A stretch of DNA of 64,000 bases from Eledone cirrhosa (lineage: Eukaryota). The translations under genes were made by a program, and so were the position numbers. Positions 42,370-57,200 of the stretch are shown piece after piece. How positions within the stretch are numbered: position 1 is the stretch's first letter; the number at the start of each line of letters is the position of its first letter. The notes under the pieces were generated by a model. It searched no databases. It had not been told where the DNA came from and was given only the letters and a program-made list of their open reading frames with translations. The stretch lies in assembly GCA_964016885.1 (NCBI GenBank), contig OZ024742.1, forward strand, positions 370,326,001 to 370,390,000, read 5' to 3'.

Positions 42370-45300
42370 TGGGTGCCTTTTGTCATGGCACCAAAACGAC
42401 CACTTTACATTATGGACTGGGTGCCTTTTGTCATGGCACCAAAACGACCACTTTACAGTATGGACAGAGTGCCTTTTGTCATGGCACCAAATCGACCACT
42501 TTACAGTATGGACTGGGTGCCTTTTGTCATGGCACCAAATCGACCACTTTACAGTATGGAAAGAGTGCCTTTTGTCAAGGCACCAAATCGACCACTTTAC
42601 AGTATGAACTGGGTGCCTTTTGTCATGGCACCAAAACGACCACTTTACAGCATGGACTGGGTGCCTTTTGTCATGGCACCAAATCGACCACTTTACAGTA
42701 TGGACTGGGTGCCTTTTGTCATGGCACCAAAACGACCACTTTACAGCATGGACTGGGTGCCTTTTGTCATGGCACCAAATCGACCACTTTACAGTATGGA
42801 CTGAGTGCCTTTTGTCATGGCACCAAATCGACCACTTTATAGTGTGGACTGTGTGACTTTGTCATGGCACCAAAACGACCACTTTACAGTATGGACTGGG
42901 TGCCTTTTGTCATGGCACCAAAACGACCACTTTACAATATGGACTGGGTGCCTTTTGTCATGGCACCAAATCGACCACTTTACAGTATGGACTGGGTGCT
43001 TTTGTCATGGCACCAAATCGACCACTTTACAGTATGGACTGGGTGCCTTTTGTCATGGCACCAAAATGACCACTTTACAGCATGGACTGGGTGCCTTTTG
43101 TCATGGCACCAAAACGACCACTTTACAGTGTGGACTGGGTGCCTTTGTCATGGCACCAAAACTCCACTTTATATTGTGGACTGGGTGATTTTGTCATGGC
43201 ACCAACACGACCACTTTACAGTGTGGTCTGTGTGCCTTTTGTCATGTCACCAAAACGACCACTTTACAGTGTGGACTGGGTGCCTTTTGTCATGGCACTA
43301 AAACGACCACTTTACAGCGTGGACTGGGTGCCTTTTGTCATGGCACCAAATCGACCACTTTACAGTGTGGACTGAGTGCCTTTTGTCATGGCACCAAATC
43401 GACCACTTTACAGTGTGGACTGGGTGCCTTTTGTCATGGCACCAAAACGACCACTTTACAGTGTGGTCTGGGTGCCTTTTGTCATGGCACCAACACGACC
43501 ACTTTACAGTGTGGTCTGTGTGCCTTTTGTCATGTCACCAAAACGACCACTTTACAGTGTGGAATGGGTGCCTTTTGTCATGGCACTAAAACGACCACTT
43601 TACAGCGTGGGCTGGGTGCCTTTTGTCATGGCACCAAATCGACCACTTTACAGTATGGACTGTTTGCCTTTTCTCATGGCACCAAAACGACCACTTTAAA
43701 GTGTGGACTGAGTGCCTTTTGTCATGGCACCAAATCGACCACTTTACAGTGTGGACTGTTTGCCTTTTCTCATGCACCAAAACGACCACTTTAAAGTGTG
43801 GACTGGGTGCCTTTTGTCATGGCACCAAATCGACCACTTTACAGTATGGACTGTTTGCTTTTCTCATGGCACCAAAACGACCACTTTAAAGTGTGGACTG
43901 AGTGCCTTTTGTCATGGCACCAAATCGACCACTTTACAGTGTGGACTGGGTACCGTTTGTCATGGCACCAAATCGACCACTTTACAGTGTGGACTACGTG
44001 CCTTTTGTCATGGCACCAAAACGACCATTTTACAGTGTGGACTGGGTGCCTTTTGTCATGGCACCAAATCGACCACTTTACAGTATGGACTGTTTGCCTT
44101 TTCTCATGGCACCAAAACGACCACTTTAAAGTGTGGACTGAGTGCCTTTTGTCATGGCACCAAAACGACCACTTTACATTATGGACTGGGTGCCTTTTGT
44201 CATGGCACCAAAACGACCACTTTACAGTATGGACAGAGTGCCTTTTGTCATGGCACCAAATCGACCACTTTACAGTATGGACTGGGTGCCTTTTGTCATG
44301 GCACCAAATCGACCACTTTACAGTATGGAAAGAGTGCCTTTTGTCAAGGCACCAAATCGACCACTTTACAGTATGAACTGGGTGCCTTTTGTCATGGCAC
44401 CAAAACGACCACTTTACAGCATGGACTGGGTGCCTTTTGTCATGGCACCAAATCGACCACTTTACAGTATGGACTGGGTGCCTTTTGTCATGGCACCAAA
44501 ACGACCACTTTACAGCATGGACTGGGTGCCTTTTGTCATGGCACCAAATCGACCACTTTACAGTATGGACTGAGTGCCTTTTGTCATGGCACCAAATCGA
44601 CCACTTTATAGTGTGGACTGTGTGACTTTGTCATGGCACCAAAACGACCACTTTACAGTATGGACTGGGTGCCTTTTGTCATGGCACCAAAACGACCACT
44701 TTACAATATGGACTGGGTGCCTTTTGTCATGGCACCAAATCGACCACTTTACAGTATGGACTGGGTGCTTTTGTCATGGCACCAAATCGACCACTTTACA
44801 GTATGGACTGGGTGCCTTTTGTCATGGCACCAAAATGACCACTTTACAGCATGGACTGGGTGCCTTTTGTCATGGCACCAAAACGACCACTTTACAGTGT
44901 GGACTGGGTGCCTTTGTCATGGCACCAAAACTCCACTTTATATTGTGGACTGGGTGATTTTGTCATGGCACCAACACGACCACTTTACAGTGTGGTCTGT
45001 GTGCCTTTTGTCATGTCACCAAAACGACCACTTTACAGTGTGGACTGGGTGCCTTTTGTCATGGCACTAAAACGACCACTTTACAGCGTGGACTGGGTGC
45101 CTTTTGTCATGGCACCAAATCGACCACTTTACAGTGTGGACTGAGTGCCTTTTGTCATGGCACCAAATCGACCACTTTACAGTGTGGACTGGGTGCCTTT
45201 TGTCATGGCACCAAAACGACCACTTTACAGTGTGGTCTGGGTGCCTTTTGTCATGGCACCAACACGACCACTTTACAGTGTGGTCTGTGTGCCTTTTGTC

Positions 45301-45930
45301 ATGTCACCAAAACGACCACTTTACAGTGTGGAATGGGTGCCTTTTGTCATGGCACTAAAACGACCACTTTACAGCGTGGGCTGGGTGCCTTTTGTCATGG
45401 CACCAAATCGACCACTTTACAGTATGGACTGTTTGCCTTTTCTCATGGCACCAAAACGACCACTTTAAAGTGTGGATTGAGTGCCTTTTGTCATGGCACC
45501 AAATCGACCACTTTACAGTGTGGACTGTTTGCCTTTTCTCATGCACCAAAACGACCACTTTAAAGTGTGGACTGGGTGCCTTTTGTCATGGCACCAAATC
45601 GACCACTTTACAGTATGGACTGTTTGCTTTTCTCATGGCACCAAAACGACCACTTTAAAGTGTGGACTGAGTGCCTTTTGTCATGGCACCAAATCGACCA
45701 CTTTACAGTGTGGACTGGGTACCGTTTGTCATGGCACCAAATCGACCACTTTACAGTGTGGACTACGTGCCTTTTGTCATGGCACCAAAACGACCATTTT
45801 ACAGTGTGGACTGGGTGCCTTTTGTCATGGCACCAAATCGACCACTTTACAGTATGGACTGTTTGTCTTTTCTCATGGCACCAAAACGACCACTTTAAAG
45901 TGTGGACTGAGTGCCTTTTGTCATGGCACC
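42370..45930. repeat. 1769-bp (37-monomer) higher-order tandem duplication, two copies
   Basis: Identical or near-identical ORFs offset by 1769: 42805/44574, 42864/44633, 43082/44851, 43335/45104, 43712/45481. Confidence 0.9.
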
Positions 45931-48213
45931 AAATCGACCACTTTACAGTGTGGTCTGGGTGCCTTTTGTCATGGCACCAAAACGACCACTTTACACTGTG
46001 GACTGAGTGCCTTTTGTCACGGCACTAAATCGACCACTTTACAGTATGGACTGGGTGCCTTTTGTCATGGCACCAAAACGACCACTTTACAGTATGGACT
46101 GGGTGCCTTTTGTCATGGCAAGAAATCGACCACTTTAGAGTATGGGCTGGGTGCCTTTTGTCATGGCACCAAAACGACTACTTTACAGTGTGGGCTGGGT
46201 GCCTTTTGTCATGGCACCAAAACGACCACTTTACAGTGTGGGCTGTGTGCCTCCATCATGGCACCAAATCGACTATTTTCATGTGGACTGAGTGCCTTTT
46301 GCATGGCACCAAAACGAACATTTTCCAGTGTGGTCTGAGTGCTTTTTGTCATGGCATCAAAACGACCACTTTCCACTGTGGAATGGGTGCCTTTGGTCAT
46401 GGCACCAAAACGACCACTTTACAATGTGGACTCAGTGCCTTTTGGCATGGCACCAAAACGACCACTTTATAGTTTGGACTGTGTGCCTTTGTTATGGCAC
46501 CAAAACGACCACTTTACAGCATGGACTGGGTGCCTTTTGTCATGGCACCAAAACGACCACTTTACAGTGTGGTCTGGGTGCCTTTTGTCATGGCACCAAA
46601 ACGACCACTTTACAGTGTGGACTGGGTTCCTCCATCATGGCACCAAAACGACCACTTTATAGTGTGTACTAAGTGCCTTTTGCCATGGCACCAAATCGAC
46701 GACTTTACAGTGTGGATTGGGTGCCTTTGTCATGGCACCAAAACGCCACTTTATAGTGTGGACTGGGTGATTTTGTCATGGCACCAAAACGACCATTTTA
46801 CAGTATGGACTGAGTGCCTTTTGTCATGGCACCAAATCGACCACTTTACAGTATGGACTGGGTGCCTTTTGTCATGGCACCAAAACGACCACTTTACATT
46901 ATGGACTGGGTGCCTTTTGTCATGGCACCAAAACGACCACTTTACAGTATGGACAGAGTGCCTTTTGTCATGGCACCAAATCGACCACTTTACAGTATGG
47001 ACTGGGTGCCTTTTGTCATGGCACCAAATCGGCCACTTTACAGTATGGACAGAGTGCCTTTTGTCATGGCACCAAATCGACCACTTTACAGTATGGACTG
47101 GGTGCCTTTTGTCATGGCACTAAAACGACCACTTTACAACATGGACTGGGTGCCTTTTGTCATGGCACCAAATCGACCACTTTACCGTATGGACTGGGTG
47201 CCTTTTGTCATGGCACCAAAACGACCACTTTACAGCATGGACTGGGTGCCTTTGGTCATGGCACCAAATCGACCACTTTACAGTATGGACTGAGTGCCTT
47301 TTGTCATGGCACCAAATCGACCACTTTATAGTGTGGACTGTGTGACTTTGTCATGGCACCAAATCGACCACTTTACAGTATGGACTGGGTGCCTTTTGTC
47401 ATGGCACCAAAACGACCACTTTACAGTATAGACTGGGTGCCTTTTGTCATGGCACCAAATCGACCACTTTACAGTATGGACTGGGTGTCTTTTGTCATGG
47501 CATCAAATCGACCACTTTACAGCATGGACTGGGTGCCTTTTGTCATGGCACCAAATCGACCACTTTACAGTGTGGTCTGGGTGCCTTTTGTCATGGCGCA
47601 AATCGACCACTTTACTGTGTGGACTGGGTGCCTTTTGTCATGGCACCAGAACGACTACTTTACAGTGTGGACTGGGTGCCTTTTGTCATGGCACCAAAAC
47701 GACCACTTTACAGTGTGGACTAGGTGCCTTTTGTCATGGCACCAAAACGACCACTTTACAGTGTGGACTGGGTGCCTTTTGTCATGACACCAAAACGACC
47801 ACTTTACAGTGTGGACTGGGTGCCTTTTGTCATGACACCAAAACGACCACTTTACAGTGTGGACTGGGTGCCTTTTGTCATGGCACCAAAACGACCACTT
47901 TACAGTGTGGACTGGGTGCCTTTTGTCATGGCACCAAAACGACCACTTTACAGTGTGGACTGGGTGCCTTTTGTCATGGCACCAGAACGACTACTTTACA
48001 GTGTGGAGTGGTTGCCTTTTGTCATGGCACCAAAACGTCCACTTTACAGTGTGGACTGGGTGCCTTTTGTCATGACACCAAAACGACCACTTTACAGTGT
48101 GGACTGGGTGCCTTTTGTCATGACACCAAAACGACCACTTTACAGTGTGGACTGGGTGCCTTTTGTCATGGCACCAAAACGACCACGTTACAGTGTGGAC
48201 TGGGTGCCTTTTG

Positions 48214-51200
48214 TCATGGCACCAAAACGACCACTTTACAGTGTGGACTGGGTGTCTTTTGTCATGGCACCAAAACGACCACGTTACAGTGTGGACTGGG
48301 TGCCTTTTGTCATGGCACCAAAACGACCACTTTACAGTGTGGACTGGGTGCCTTTTGTCATGGCACCAAAACGACCACTTTACAGTGTGGAGTGGGTGCC
48401 TTTTGTCATGGCACCAAAACGACCACTTTACAGTGTGGACTTAGTGCCTTTTGTCATGACACCAAAACGACCACTTTACAGTGTGGACTGGATGCCTTTT
48501 GTCATGGCACCAAAACGACCAATTTACAGTGTGGACTGGGTGCCTTTTGACATGACACCAAAACGACCACTTTACAGTGTGGACTGGGTACATTTTGACA
48601 TGACACCAAAACGACCACTTTACAGTGTGGACTGGGTGCCTTTTGACATGACACCAAAACGACCACTTTACAGTGTGGACTGGGTGCCTTTTGTCATGAC
48701 ACCAAAACGACCACTTTACACTATGGACTGTGTGCCTTTTGTCATGACACCAAAACGACCACTTTACAGTGTGGACTGGTTGCCTTTTGTCATGGCACCA
48801 AAACGACCACTTTACAGTATGGACTGGGTGCCTTTTGTCATGACACCAAAACGAACACATTACAGTGTGGACTGGGTGCCTTTTGTCATGGCACCAAAAC
48901 GACCACTTTACAGTGTGGACTGGGTGCCTTTTGTCATGGCACCAAAACGACCACTTTACAGTGTGGACTGGGTGCCTTTTGTCATGGCACCAAAACGAAC
49001 ACTTTATAGTGTGGACTGCGTGCCTTTTGTCATGGCACCAAAACGACTACTTTACAGTGTGGACTGGGTGCCTTTTGTCATGGCACCAAAACGACCACTT
49101 TACAGTGTCGACTGGGTGTCTTTTGTCATGGCACCAAAACGACCACTTTACAGTGTGGACTGGGTGCCTTTTGTCATGGCACCAAAACGACCACTTTACA
49201 GTATGGACTGGGTGCCTTTTGTCATGACACCAAAACGACCACTTTACAGTGTGGACTGGGTGCCTTTTGTCATGGCACCAAAACGACTACTTTACAGTGT
49301 GGTCTGTGTGCCTTTTGTCATGACACCAAAACGACTACTTTACAGTGTGGACTGGGTGTCTTTTGTCATGGCACCAAAACGACTTCTTTACAGTGTGGTC
49401 TGTGTGCCTTTTGTCATGGCACCAAAATGACTACTTTACAGTGTGGACTGGGTGCCTTTTGTCATGGCACCAAAACGACCACTTTACAGTGTGGACTGGG
49501 TGCCTTTTGTCATGGCACCAAAACGACTACTTTACAGTGTGGTCTGTGTGCCTTTTGTCATGACACCAAAACGACTACTTTACAGTGTGGACTGGGTGTC
49601 TTTTGTCATGGCACCAAAACGACTTCTTTACAGTGTGGTCTGTGTGCCTTTTGTCATGGCACCAAAATGACTACTTTACAGTGTGGACTGGGTGCCTTTT
49701 GTCATGGCACCAAAACGACCACTTTACAGTGTGGACTGGGTGCCTTTTGTCATGGCACCAAAACGACTACTTTACAGTGTGGTCTGGGTGCCTTTTGTCA
49801 TGGCACCAAAACGACACTTTACAGTGTGGACTGGGTACCGTTTGTCATGGCACCAAAACGACCACTTTACAGTGTGGACTGGGTACCGTTTGTCATGACA
49901 CCAAAACGACCACTTTACAGTGTGGACTGGGTACCGTTTGTCATGGCACCAAAACGATCACTTTACAGTGTGGACTGGGTGCATTTTGTCATGGCACCAA
50001 AACGACCACTTTACAGTGTGGACTGGGTACCGTTTGTCATGGCACCAAAACGACCACTTTACAGTGTGGACTGGGTGCCTTTTGTCATGGCACCAAATCG
50101 ACCACTTTAGAGTGTGGACTGCGTGCCTTTTGTCATGGCACCAAAACGACCACTTTACAGTGTGGACTGGGTGCCTTTTGTCACGGCACCAAAACGAACA
50201 CTTTACAGTGTGGACTGGGTGCCTTTTGTCATGGCACCAAAACGACCACTTTACAGTGTGGACTCGGTGCCTTTTGTCACGGCACCAAAACAAACACTTT
50301 ACAGTGTGGACTGGGTGCCTTTTGTCATGGCACCAAAACGACCACTTTACAGTGTGGACTGGGTGCCTTTTGTCACGGCACCAAAACGAACACTTTACAG
50401 TGTGGACTGGGTGCCTTTTGTCATGGCACCAAAACGACCAGTTTACAGTGTGGACTGGGTGCCTTTTGTCACGGCACCAAAACGAACACTTTACAGTGTG
50501 GATTGGTGCCTTTTGTCATGGCACCAAAACGACCACTTTACAGTGTGGACTGGGTGCCTTTTGTCACGGCACCAAAACGAACACTTTACAGTATGGACTG
50601 GGTGCCTTTTGTCATGGCACCAAAACGACCACTTTACAGTGTGGACTGGGTGCCTTTTGTCACGGCACCAAAACGAACACTTTACAGTGTGAACTGGGTG
50701 CCTTTTGTCATGGCACCAAAACGACCAATTTATAGTGTGGACTGTGTGCCTTTGTCATGGCACCAAAGCGACCACTTTATAGTGTGGGCTGGGTGCTTTT
50801 GTCATGGCACCAAATCCACCACTTTACAATGTGGACTGGGTGCCTTTTGTCATCGCTCCAAAACGACCACACTATAGCGTGTACTAAGTCCCTTTTGCAA
50901 TGGCACCAAAACGACGACTTTACAGTGTGGACTGGGTGCCTTTGTCATGGCACCAAAACGACAACTTTATAGTGTGGTCTGGGTGATTTTGTCATTGTAC
51001 CAAAACTACCACTTTATAGTGTGTACTAAGTGCCTTTTGTCATGGCACCAAATCGACCACTTTACAGTGTGGTCTGAGTGCTTTTTATCATGGCAACAAA
51101 ACGACCACTTTACAGTTTGGGCTGAGTGCCTTTTGTCATGGCACCAAAACGACCACTTTACAGTGTGGACTGAGTGCTTTTTATCATGGCAACAAAACGA

Positions 51201-54200
51201 CCACTTTACAGTGTGGTCTGAGGGCTTTTTATCATGGCAACAAAACGACCACTTTACAGTTTGGGCTGAGTGCCTTTTGTCATGGCACCAAAACGACCAC
51301 TTTCCAGTGTGGGCTGCGTGCCTTTTGTCATGGCACCAAATCGACCACTTTACAGTGTGGTCTGGGTGCCTTTTGTCATGGCGCAAATCGACCACTTTAC
51401 AGTGTGGACTGGGTGCCTTTTGTCATGGCACCAGAACGACTACTTTACAGTGTGGACTGGGTGCCTTTTGTCATGGCACCAAAACGACCACTTTACAGTG
51501 TGGACTAGGTGCCTTTTGTCATGGCACCAAAACGACCACTTTACAGTGTGGACTGGGTGCCTTTTGTCATGACACCAAAACGACCACTTTACAGTGTGGA
51601 CTGGGTGCCTTTTGTCATGACACCAAAACGACCACTTTACAGTGTGGACTGGGTGCCTTTTGTCATGGCACCAAAACGACCACTTTACAGTGTGGACTGG
51701 GTGCCTTTTGTCATGGCACCAAAACGACCACTTTACAGTGTGGACTGGGTGCCTTTTGTCATGGCACCAGAACGACCACTTCACAGTGTGGACTGGGTGC
51801 CTTTTGTCATGGCACCAAAACGTCCACTTTACAGTGTGGACTGGGTGCCTTTTGTCATGACACCAAAACGACCACTTTACAGTGTGGACTGGGTGCCTTT
51901 TGTCATGACACCAAAACGGCCACTTTACAGTGTGGACTGGGTGCCTTTTGTCATGGCACCAAAACGACCACGTTACAGTGTGGGCTGGGTGCCTTTTGTC
52001 ATGGCACCAAAACGACCACTTTACAGTGTGGACTGGGTGCCTTTTGTCATGGCACCAAAACGACCACTTTACAGTGTGGACTGGGTGCCTTTTGTCATGA
52101 CACCAAAACAAACACTTTACAGTGTGGACTGGGTGCCTTTTGTCATGGCACCAAAACGACCACTTTACAGTGTGGAGTGGGTGCCTTTTGTCATGGCACC
52201 AAAACGACCACTTAACAGTGTGGACTTAGTGCCTTTTGTCGTGAAACCAAAACGACCACTTTACAGTGTGGACTGGGTGCCTTTTGTCATGGCACCAAAA
52301 CGACCACTTTACAGTGTGGACTGGGTGCCTTTTGACATGACACCAAATCGACCACTTTACAGTGTGGACTGGGTGCCTTTTGACATGACACCAAAACGAC
52401 CACTTTACAGTGTGGACTGGGTGCTTTTTGACATGACACCAAAACGACCACTTTACAGTGTGGACTGTGTGCCTTTTGTCATGACACCAAAACGACCACT
52501 TTACACTATGGACTGTGTGCCTTTTGTCATGACACCAAAACGACCACTTTACACTATGGACTGTGTGCCTTTTGTCATGACACCAAAACGACCACTTTAC
52601 ACTATGGACTGGGTGCCTTTTGTCATGGCACCAAAACGACCACTTTACAGTGTGGACTGGGTGCCTTTTGTCATGGCACCAAAACGACCACTTTACAGTA
52701 TGGACTGGGTGCCTTTTGTCATGACACCAAAACGAACACATTACAGTGTGGACTGGGTGCCTTTTGTCATGGCACCAAAACGACCACTTTACAGTGTGGA
52801 CTGGGTGCCTTTTGTCATGGCACCAAAACGACCACTTTACAGTGTGGACTGGGTGCCTTTTGTCATGGCACCAAAACGAACACTTTATAGTGTGGACTGC
52901 GTGCCTTTTGTCATGGCACCAAAACGACTACTTTACAGTGTGGACTGGGTGCCTTTTGTCATGGCACCAAAACGACCACTTTACAGTGTGGACTGGGTGC
53001 CTTTTGTCATGGCACCAAAACGACCACTTTACAGTGTGGACTGGGTGCCTTTTGACATGACACCAAAACGACCACTTTACAGTGTGGACTGGGTGCCTTT
53101 TGACATGACACCAAAACGACCACTTTACAGTGTGGACTGGGTACCTTTTGACATGACACCAAAACGACCACTTTACAGTGTGGACTGGGTGCCTTTTGTC
53201 ATGACACCAAAACGACCACTTTACACTATGGACTGTGTGCCTTTTGTCATGACACCAAAACGACCACTTTACACTATGGACTGTGTGCCTTTTGTCATGA
53301 CACCAAAACGACCACTTTACACTATGGACTGGGTGCCTTTTGTCATGGCACCAAAACGACCACTTTACAGTGTGGACTGGGTGCCTTTTGTCATGGCACC
53401 AAATCGACCACTTTACAGTATGGACTGGGTGCCTTTTGTCATGACACCAAAACGAACACATTACAGTGTGGACAGGGTGCCTTTTGTCATGGCACCAAAA
53501 CGACCACTTTACAGTGTGGACTGGGTGCCTTTTGTCATGGCACCAAAACGACCACTTTACAGTGTGGACTGGGTGCCTTTTGTCATGGCACCAAAACGAA
53601 CACTTTATAGTGTGGACTGCGTGCCTTTTGTCATGGCACCAAAACGACTACATTACAGTGTGGACTGGGTGCCTTTTGTCATGGCACCAAAACGACCACT
53701 TTACAGTGTGGACTGGGTGCCTTTTGTCAATGTCACCTAAACGACCACTTTACAGTGTGGACTGGGTGCCTTTTGTCATGGCACCAAAACGGCTACTTTA
53801 CAGTGTGGTCTGTGTGCCTTTTGTCATGACACCAAAACGACTACTTTACAGTGTGGACTGGGTGTCTTTTGTCATGGCACCAAAACGACTACTTTACAGT
53901 GTGGTCTGTGTGCCTTTTGTCATGGCACCAAAACGACTACTTTACAGTGTGGACTGGGTGCCTTTTGTCATGGCACCAAAACGACCAATTTACAGTGTGG
54001 ACTGGGTGCCTTTTGTCATGGCACCAAAACGACCACTTTACAGTGTGGTCTGGGTGCCTTTTGTCATGGCACCAAAACGACACTTTACAGTGTGGACTGG
54101 GTACCGTTTGTCATGGCACCAAAACGACCACTTTACAGTGTGGACTGGGTACCGTTTGTCATGACACCAAAACGACCACTTTACAGTGTGGACTGGGTAC

Positions 54201-57200
54201 CGTTTGTCATGGCACCAAAACGACCACTTTACAGTGTGGACTGGGTGCCTTTTGTCATGGCACCAAAACGACCACTTTACAGTATGGACTGGGTGCCTTT
54301 TGTCATGACACCAAAACGAACACATTACAGTGTGGACTGGGTGCCTTTTGTCATGGCACCAAAACGACCACTTTACAGTGTGGACTGGGTGCCTTTTGTC
54401 ATGGCACCAAAACGACCACTTTACAGTGTGGACTGGGTGCCTTTTGTCATGGCACCAAAACGAACACTTTATAGTGTGGACTGCGTGCCTTTTGTCATGG
54501 CACCAAAACGACTACTTTACAGTGTGGACTGGGTGCCTTTTGTCATGGCACCAAAACGACCACTTTACAGTGTGGACTGGATGCCTTTTGTCAATGTCAC
54601 CTAAACGACCACTTTACAGTGTGGACTGGGTGCCTTTTGTCATGGCACCAAAACGACTACTTTACAGTGTGGTCTGTGTGCCTTTTGTCATGACACCAAA
54701 ACGACTACTTTACAGTGTGGACTGGGTGTCTTTTGTCATGGCACCAAAACGACTACTTTACAGTGTGGTCTGTGTGCCTTTTGTCATGGCACCAAAACGA
54801 CTACTTTACAGTGTGGACTGGGTGCCTTTTGTCATGGCACCAAAACGACCACTTTACAGTGTGGACTGGGTGCCTTTTGTCATGGCACCAAAACGACCTC
54901 TTTACAGTGTGGTCTGGGTGCCTTTTGTCATGGCACCAAAACGACACTTTACAGTGTGGACTGGGTACCGTTTGTCATGGCACCAAAACGACCACTTTAC
55001 AGTGTGGACTGGGTACCGTTTGTCATGACACCAAAACGACCACTTTACAGTGTGGACTGGGTACCGTTTGTCATGGCACCAAAACGACCACTTTACAGTG
55101 TGGACTGGGTGCCTTTTGTCATGGCACCAAAACGACCACTTTACAGTGTGGACTGGGTACCGTTTGTCATGGCACCAAAACGACCACTTTACAGTGTGGA
55201 CTGGGTGTCTTTTGTCATGGCACCAAAACGACTACTTTACAGTGTGGACTGGGTGCCTTTTGTCATGGCACCAAAACGACCACTTTACAGTGTGGACTGG
55301 GTGCCTTTTGTCATGGCACCAAAACGACCACTTTACAGTGTGGTCTGGGTGCCTTTTGTCATGGCACCAAAACGACACTTTACAGTGTGGACTGGGTACC
55401 GTTTGTCATGGCACCAAAACGACCACTTTACAGTGTGGACTGGGTACCGTTTGTCATGACACCAAAACGACCACTTTACAGTGTGGACTGGGTACCGTTT
55501 GTCATGGCACCAAAACGACCACTTTACAGTGTGGACTGGGTGCCTTTTGTCATGACACCGAAACGAACACATTACAGTGTGGACTGGGTGCCTTTTGTCA
55601 TGGCACCAAAACGACCACTTTACAGTGTGGACTGGGTGCCTTTTGTCATGGCACCAAAACGACCACTTTACAGTGTGGACTGGGTGCCTTTTGTCATGGC
55701 ACCAAAACGAACACTTTATAGTGTGGACTGCGTGCCTTTTGTCATGGCACCAAAACGACTACTTTACAGTGTGGACTGGGTGCCTTTTGTCATGGCACCA
55801 AAACGACCACTTTACAGTGTGGACTGGGTGCCTTTTGTCAATGTCACCTAAACGACCACTTTACAGTGTGGACTGGGTGCCTTTTGTCATGGCACCAAAA
55901 CGACTACTTTACAGTGTGGTCTGTGTGCCTTTTGTCATGACACCAAAACGACTACTTTACAGTGTGGACTGGGTGTCTTTTGTCATGGCACCAAAACGAC
56001 TACTTTACAGTGTGGTCTGTGTGCCTTTTGTCATGGCACCAAAACGACTACTTTACAGTGTGGACTGGGTGCCTTTTGTCATGGCACCAAAATGACCACT
56101 TTACAGTGTGGACTGGGTGCCTTTTGTCATGGCACCAAAACGACCACTTTACAGTGTGGTCTGGGTGCCTTTTGTCATGGCACCAAAACGACACTTTACA
56201 GTGTGGACTGGGTACCGTTTGTCATGGCACCAAAACGACCACTTTACAGTGTGGACTGGGTACCGTTTGTCATGACACCAAAACGACCACTTTACAGTGT
56301 GGACTGGGTACCGTTTGTCATGGCACCAAAACGACCACTTTACAGTGTGGACTGGGTGCCTTTTGTCATGGCACCAAAACGACCACTTTACAGTGTGGAC
56401 TGGGTACCGTTTGTCATGGCACCAATACGACCACTTTACAGTGTGGACTGGGTGCCTTTTGTCATGGCACCAAAACGACCTCTTTACAGTGTGGACTTAG
56501 TGCCTTTTGTCATGACACCAAAACGACCACTTTACAGTGTGGACTGGGTGCCTTTTGTCATGACACCAAAACGACCACTTTACAGTGTGGGCTGGGTGCC
56601 TTTTGTCAGGGCACAAAAACGACCACTTTACAGTGTGGACTGGGTGCCTTTTGACATGACACCAAAACGACCACTTTACAGTGTGGTCTGGGTGCCTTTT
56701 GTCATGGCACCAAAACGACCACTTTACACTATGGACTGTGTGCCTTTTGTCATGACACCAAAACGACCACTTTACACTATGGACTGGGTTCCTTTTGTCA
56801 TGGCACCAAAACGACCACTTTACAGTGTGGACTGGGTGCCTTTTGTCATGGCACCAAAACGACCACTTTACAGTATGGACTGGGTGCCTTTTGTCATGAC
56901 ACCAAAACGAACACATTACAGTGTGGACTGGGTGCCTTTTGTCATGGCACCAAAACGACTACTTTACAGTGTGGACTGGGTGCCTTTTGTCATGACACCA
57001 AAACGAACACATTACAGTGTGGACTGGGTGCCTTTTGTCATGGCACCAAAACGACCACTTTACAGTGTGGACTGGCTGCCTTTTGTCATGGCACCAAAAC
57101 GAACATATTACAGTGTGGACTGGGTGCCTTTTGTCATGGCACCAAAACGACCACTTTACAGTATGGACTGGGTGCCTTTTGTCATGACACCAAAACGAAC

